Positions 34,704 to 40,985 of a DNA stretch of 40,985 bases are shown piece by piece (position 1 is the stretch's first letter; each line of letters begins with the position of its first letter). Made by a program: the position numbers and the translations under genes. The DNA is from Octopus sinensis (Eukaryota), in contig NW_021835213.1 in the NCBI RefSeq assembly GCF_006345805.1, forward strand, positions 1 through 40,985, written 5' to 3'. Under the pieces are notes generated by a model. It made no database searches. It was given only the letters and a program-made list of their open reading frames with translations, and was not told the DNA's origin.

Positions 34704-35668
34704 GGGTCTTTTCCGTTTGAAAAGGCAGTTTTTTCTAGTGGGGTCATATGAAATTGTCACCCATAATTATAACCCTAGTATCGATCTATTGCATTTCAAT
34801 CTGTTTTAGGGTTAGGGTTAGTTAGGGGTGGCAGAAGGGTATCTTTTTTTCTTCACAAATGTAAATAAACCCAATCTGTTTCTTAAACGAGGGACATATT
34901 CATACGGCACAGAATGTTTTTTTTACCTCAATAGACGTCATTGATTGGTTGAAATTGCAGAAATTGAAGAAAACAAACAACAAATGGATCTTTTCGGTTT
35001 GAACGGCAGTTTTTCCTATGGGGTCATATGAAATTGTCACCCATAATTATAACCCATATGTATCGTCTCTATTGCATTCCAATCTGTTTTAGGGTTAGGA
35101 TTAGTTAGGGGTGGCAGAAGGGTATCTTTTTTTTCTTCACAAATGTAAATAAACCCAATCTGTTCTTAACGAGGGTCATATTCATACGGCACAGAATGTT
35201 TTTTTTTAACTCAATAGACGTCATTGATTGGTTGAAATTGCAGAAATTGAAGAAAACAAACAACAAATGGATCTTTTCGGTTTGAACGGCAGTTTTTCCT
35301 AGTGGGGTCATATGAAATTGTCACCCATAATTATAACCCTAGTATCGATCTATTGCATTCCAATCTGTTTTAGGGTTAGGATTAGTTAGGGGTGGCAGAA
35401 GGGTATCTTTTTTTCTTCACAAATGTAAATAAACCCAATCTGTTTCTTAAACGAGGGTCATATTCATACGGCACAGAATGTTTTTTTTACCTCAATAGAC
35501 GTCATTGATTGGTTGAAATTGCAGAAACTGAAGAAAAAAAACAACAAATATCTTACAAACTATAGGATTTTCTCAATAAAGCCAAGAGAAAAAGATGTTT
35601 TGTAAACACATTCTACCAGTATACGAAGTTTAGAATTTTTTAGTTACCTAGAAATTATGTTAAAAACT
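34704..35668. mobile_element. MITE family as a head-to-tail trimer (two partial units plus one near-full unit)
   Basis: TIR starts at 34704, 34986 and 35269; right TIR truncated at ~35668. Confidence 0.9.
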
Positions 35669-35669
35669 G

Positions 35670-36003
35670 GCTGTCATAGCAACCTAACTCCCCATACTAG
35701 AACCCCCTTGACTATTATGTGTGGGGCACATAACTCCTTGTCGTACCAAAGATAAAGTAAAGGAAAGGGTTATGGCAGCATTCACCAACTGAAACAAGGA
35801 GACCGTCCAGAAGAGTTGCAGGAGATTCTGAAGTCGTCTGGAGGCCGTGGTTGAAGCCAATGGCGATTTTAGTGAATAAATTTACTCTTTAGTACTTCAA
35901 GATATTTTTATGCAATTTTGGTAAATATATCTCTTAAAATGAGATGTTAGTGTTATTTTCAGTTTTGCATAATTTATACGACAATCTATTCGCTGCACCC
36001 AGT
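35670..36003 (+). mobile_element. mariner-like (maT/DD37D-type) transposase C-terminal remnant
   Basis: PNSPY*NPLDYYVWG...VQKSCRRF*SRLEAVVEANGDFSE*; possible TIR end CTGCACCC at ~36000. Subfamily not testable because the second Asp is absent. Confidence 0.7.
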
Positions 36004-36009
36004 ATAAAT

Positions 36010-36700
36010 ACTATCTCACAGAAGTACGTACACCCCTAAAAAATTTCCGTAAAATTAATCTGGTAATATCAAAGGAAATCAAACGAAATTTATACTGAAT
36101 AAAATATATTATTCATGCAAACATGATACAAATTCGGAACGCAAAGCAATAAACGGTTTCAAAGATAGGAACAAAATATTAATTTTCAAACGTTACAAAA
36201 GTATGTACACCCTAAAGGAAATTTACTTCATTCAATATCTTCTCCACTTCATTTTTTCTAAATTCAGATATTGCTGATAATTTCAATTCTAATAAATTAT
36301 TCCTCCAGGCATTTTGGCACCAGTCATTGTTATTGCATCTGCAGAAATTCAGATTTGTGCATCACTCAAAATCGTTTCGATGACTGGCATCCAAACACCC
36401 TTCAAAGAGGACGACGAAGGTTTTATCAGATAAAAAGGGATTTTTTTGGCCGACCGACCGTCTCACTTGCATTAAACCCAATAGAACATCTGTGGGGTTG
36501 TTTTGGAAAAGAAATTTGGAGGAGAAAGAACCCCGCAAGGTAACACAGTTGAATGATATCGTTCAGGATGAATAGGGGTCAATTTCATTGGTTGTATGCG
36601 AAAATTTAATCGACTCTCAGGCCCAGAAGACTTAATGCTGTCATTGAAAGCAAGGGTGGTCACATCAAATATTGAATACATCAAATAATCCTTTAGGAGG
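36010..36700 (+). mobile_element. Degenerate Tc1-like element
   Basis: Direct repeats CAGAAGTACGTACACCC / CAAAAGTATGTACACCC; C-terminus LNPIEHLWG...RRLNAVIESKGGHIKY*. Confidence 0.75.
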
Positions 36701-36797
36701 ATGATGATGATGGCTTCGACGACGATGATGACGATGGTGGTGGTGGTGATTATGATATGATGACGACGATGATATATGTATGTGCATATATTGTATA

Positions 36798-37240
36798 TCT
36801 TTTACCTGTTTCAGTCATTGTACGGTGGCCATGCTGGGGCATCACTTTGAAGAACTTTTAGTCAAATGAATTGACCCCAATATTTTTTTATAAAACCTGG
36901 TACTTATTCTATCAGTTTCTTTTTGCCAAAGCGCTATGAGGATATAATCAAAAACCAATGCTGGTTGCCAAGTGCTGATGGGCGAACAAACACATACACA
37001 CACACACACACACACATATATAGATATATATATATATATATATATATACATACATATATATATACATATAATATATACATATGTATAATATATATATATA
37101 TATATATATATATTATTATATAATATATATATATTATATACATACATTATATATATACATAATATATACATGTTGAACCGTCCAACCCATGCTAGCATGG
37201 AAAGCAGACGTTAAATGATGATGATGATGATGATGATATG

Positions 37241-37274
<34 letters not shown>

Positions 37275-37286
37275 TAATATATATAT

Positions 37287-37324
<38 letters not shown>

Positions 37325-37371
37325 CCGTATGTATATATATATTATATATATAAACACAACATATATATACG

Positions 37372-37408
<37 letters not shown>

Positions 37409-37606
37409 CACACACATATATATACGTATGTATATATATATATACACATGATGGGCTTCTTTCAGTTTCCACCTACCAAATCCAATCACAAGGCTTCGTT
37501 GACCTGAGGCTATAATAGAAAACACTTGTCCAAGGTGCCACTTAGTGGGACTGAACCCAGAACCATGTGGTTGGGAAGCAAGCTATTTACCACACAGCCA
37601 CGCCTG
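36798..37606 (-). mobile_element. SINE A variant split at its internal microsatellite by a family B tail (37172-37236, plus)
   Basis: 3' half 36798-36985 and 5' half 37449-37606. Confidence 0.75.
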
Positions 37607-37619
37607 TGTTTATATATAT

Positions 37620-37812
37620 CCGTGTTTGTCCCACACCCACCACCAATAACCAGTGTTGGTTTGCTTACATCCCTGTAACCGAGCAGTTTGGCAAAAGAGA
37701 CCGACAGGAAAAAACACTAGGCATACAAAGAATAAGTCCTGGGGGTTGATTATTCGACTAAAGGCAGTGCTCCAGCATGGCCACCATCAGATGGCTGAAA
37801 CAAGTAAAAGAA
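37620..37812 (+). mobile_element. SINE A 3' half
   Basis: Similarity to family A tail. Confidence 0.75.
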
Positions 37813-38175
37813 TTTTAAAAAAAAGCTAATAACGAATACCAGAGTGGATTCGTTCAAATAGAAACCTTACCAAGCTGTGCTCCAGAATGGCCACAACCCA
37901 GTGATTAAAACTAGCAGAAAACAGATGATAAATTTAAGCAAAGCCCTTAAATTTTCGCACCCCGGGTGATTGTTTAGTTTGCCTTAATCATGGCACCAGT
38001 TCTGGTTATAACTCTTCCATATTCTTCTTTCCAGGAATTTGGCATCTCTAGTAAGATAATCCAAATTTTCCCCTTTTTTTGGTTTTTAAAACAGCAAGGT
38101 ACAGTTTGAAAAAGATCCTGTTACCGTCGAGTTAAAACGCGGAAATGCCTTGTTTGATGGGGTAGAAAGGTATTC

Positions 38176-38600
38176 AGGCGCAGGAGTGGCTGTGTGGTAA
38201 GTAGCCTGTTTACGAACCACATGGTTCTGGGTTCAGTCCCACCGCGTGGCATCTTGGGCAAGTGTCTTCTGCTATAGCCTCGGGCCGACCAATGCCTTGT
38301 GAGTGGATTTGGTAGACGGAAACTGAAAGAAGCCTGTCGTATATATGTATATATTTATGTATTTATTTGTTTTTATGTGTATGTATATGTTTGTGTGTCT
38401 GTGTTGTCCTCCTAGCATTGCTTGACAACCGATGCTGGTGTGTTTACGTCCCCGTCACTTAGCAGTTCGGCAAAAAGAGACCAATAGAATAAGTACTGGG
38501 CTTACAAAGGATAAGTCCCGGGGTCGAGTTTGCTCGATGAAGGTGGTGCTCCAGCATGGCCACAGTCAAATGACTGAAACGAGTAAAAGAGTAAAAGAGT
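38176..38600 (+). mobile_element. SINE family A, full length
   Basis: Complete head to (AAGAGTA)n tail. Confidence 0.9.
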
Positions 38601-38726
38601 CATGTACTGTTAAGGGGCTTCTTGTGTGTGTGTGTAGGAATAAAACGAATGATGGGTTTCTTCTAGGGTAGGAATACATAGGGTGTTTGGCCTATTGTAA
38701 ACAGTTCGCCCCCATATGGCATTATT

Positions 38727-39035
38727 GTGGAGGCACATGGCTTAGTGGTTAGAGCAGTGGACTCGCGGTCGAGGGATCGTGGGTTCGAATCTCAGACCGG
38801 ACGATGTGTGTGTTTACGAGCAAAAACACCTAAGCTCCACGCGACTCCGGCAGAAGGTAATGGCGAAACTTCTGCTGACTCTTTCACCACAACTTTCTCT
38901 CACTCTTTCCTCCTGCATCTTGCAGCTCACCTGCGACGGACCGGCGTCCCGTCCAGGTGGGGAACCTATACGCCAAGGAAACCGGGAAACCGGCCCTTAT
39001 GAGCCAGGCATGGCTCGAGAAGCAACAAACAACAA
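38727..39035 (+). mobile_element. tRNA-Arg-like SINE with an alternative 3' half
   Basis: Head GTGGAGGCACATGGCTTAGTGGTTAGAGCAGTGGACTCGCGG...GGGTTCGAATC; (ACA)n tail; probable TSD CATTATT at 38720-38726 and 39043-39049. Confidence 0.85.
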
Positions 39036-39061
39036 TATATAACATTATTGTGATCATTCAA

Positions 39062-39240
39062 AATTTAATGCTTGTTTTTCCATGCTGGTATGGGTTGGAT
39101 GGTTTAATAGGAGCTGCACCAAGTTCCATTGTTTGTTTGACATGGTTTCAATGGCTGGATGTCCTTCCACATGCCCACCACTCCATAGAGTGTACTGCTG
39201 CTTCTTATATAGCACCAGCACCAGTGCTTTCTTTTATATG
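39062..39240 (-). mobile_element. Diverged family B piece
   Basis: TTTCCATGCTGGTATGGGTTGGATGG...GGCTGGATGTCCTTCC. Confidence 0.6.
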
Positions 39241-39352
39241 TATATCATAAAATAAGAAAATAGAGAGATAATTAAATTAATAATTATTTATTAATTATAA
39301 AATAGGACATCATCTCTGACTGCTGTTTCATTTAATACAACAAAGCTCTACA

Positions 39353-39760
39353 CTCTTTCTCTTTTACTTGTTTCAGTCATTTTGACTGCGGCCATGCTGG
39401 AGCACCGCCTTTAGTCGAGCAAATCGACCCCGGGACTTATTCTTTGTAAGCCCAGTACTTATTCTATCGGTCTCTTTTTGCCGAAACGCTAAGTGACGGG
39501 GACGCAAACACACCAGGATTGGTTGTCAAGCAATGCTAGGGGGACAAACACAGACACACAAGCATCTACACATACATATATATATATACATATATACGAC
39601 AGGCTTCTTTCAGTTTCCGTCTACCAAATCCACTCACAAGGCATTGGTCGGCCCGGGGCTATAGCAGAAGACACTTACCCAAGATGCCACGCAGTGGGAC
39701 TGAACCCGGAACCATGTGGTTGGTTAGCAAGCTACTTACCACACAGCCACTCCTGCGCCT
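39353..39760 (-). mobile_element. SINE family A, full length
   Basis: Similarity to other family A copies. Confidence 0.9.
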
Positions 39761-39867
39761 TTTTTACATTTTACTTTTGAAAATCATTTTTTTAGAAAAT
39801 GAAACCATTCAAGTCAATAAACATCTTAAAAGCCCTCTGCATTTTCAAACCCAGAGCACCACCCAAA

Positions 39868-40160
39868 CGTGGCCTGTGCTAGTGCTGCCTTGAGTGGCAT
39901 CCGTGTTGGTTGTGTGTAAAAAGCACCATCCAATCATGGTCAATGCCAGCTCCTCTGGGCCCTGTGCCGGTGGCACATAAAAAGCACCCACTACACTCTC
40001 GGAGTGGTTGGCGTTAGGAAGGGCATCCAGCTGTAAAAACACTGCCAGATCAGACTGGAGCCTGGTGCAGCCTTCTGGCTTCCCAGACCCCAGTTGAACC
40101 GTCCAACCCATGCCAGCATGGAAAGCAGACGTTAAATGATGATGACGAAGATGATGATAT
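39868..40160 (+). mobile_element. Family B 3' end
   Basis: TGTGCCGGTGGCACATAAAAAGCACC module and (GAT)n tail. Confidence 0.8.
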
Positions 40161-40214
40161 ACATCCTGCCTCAACACACAGCAATCTGTTCTTTTCTTCT
40201 TCAGCCACCATAAT

Positions 40215-40742
40215 CTCTCTCCCTCCTCTTCTCTCTCTCCCTCCTTCTCTCTCTCTCCCTCCTTCTCTATTTCCCTCCTTCTCTCTCTCTCCCTCCCCCT
40301 CCTTCTCTCTCTCTCCCTCCCCCTCCTCTCCTATCTCCTCCTTCTCTCTCTCTCCCCTTCTCTCTCCCTCCCCCTTCTCTCTCTCTTCCTCCTTCTCCCT
40401 CCCTTCTCTCTCTCTCCCTCCTTCTCTCTCTCCCTCCTTCTCCCTCCCTTCTCCTCTCCCCTTCTCTCTCTCCCTCCTTCCTTCTCTCTCTCTCCCTCCT
40501 TCTCTCTCTTCCTCCTTCTCCCTCTCCCCTTCACTCTCTCCCTCCTTCTCTCTCTCCCCTTCTCTCTCTCCCTCCTTCTCTCCTCTCCCTCCTTCTCTCT
40601 CTCCTTCCTTCTCTCTCTCTCTCCTCCTTCTCTCTCCTTCCTTCTCTCCCTCCCCCTTCTCTCTCCTTCCTTCTCTCCCTCCTTCTCTCTCTCTCCCCTT
40701 CTCTCTCTCCCCTTCTCCCTCCCCCTTCTCTCTCTTCTTCTC
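40215..40742. repeat. (CT)n/(CCT)n polypyrimidine tract
   Basis: Direct inspection. Confidence 0.95.
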
Positions 40743-40985
40743 AAGTTACAACTACAAACAAGACCAACAACAGACTTACTGTGACATTCCACATTATTCC
40801 TTAAAAGGAAATGGTCTTAAATGGTCTACAGTGGTGCTGGTGGGGGTGGCGAAGGTTTTGATGTCGGGGGGTGGGGTGGCTGTGTAGAGATGCTTATGGT
40901 GGGGGTGGTGGTGGTGGTGGTGATGGTTCTGACAGTGGAGCTGGTATTTAGTGGTGGTGGAGGCAATGGTGATGTTGGCGATGGT

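Overview
Repeat-saturated, AT-rich animal genomic DNA. The SINE, LINE and microsatellite families look like those of an octopus (coleoid cephalopod); this is recognition from memory, not a database result. No intact host gene can be supported, and most long ORFs in the track are microsatellite or tandem-repeat artefacts. Contents: (TA/CA/CAT/GATA/CT)n microsatellites, about 12 copies of one tRNA-headed SINE, two tRNA-Arg-like SINEs, many 3'-UTR-like pieces of an RTE-type element, 3' ends of RTE, CR1, R4/Dong and Tx1 LINEs, Tc1/mariner remnants (one DD41D with intact TIRs), Helentron-type non-autonomous elements, a 411-bp MITE family and several minisatellites. Most notable: (i) Penelope-like remnants carrying hammerhead ribozyme motifs, one near-complete at 965-1007; (ii) an RTE LINE 3' end with a base-precise twin-priming-type 5' inversion; (iii) a tandemly repeated candidate H-type pseudoknot in the RTE-type 3' UTR; (iv) an unexplained, hairpin-rich 124-bp tandem array.
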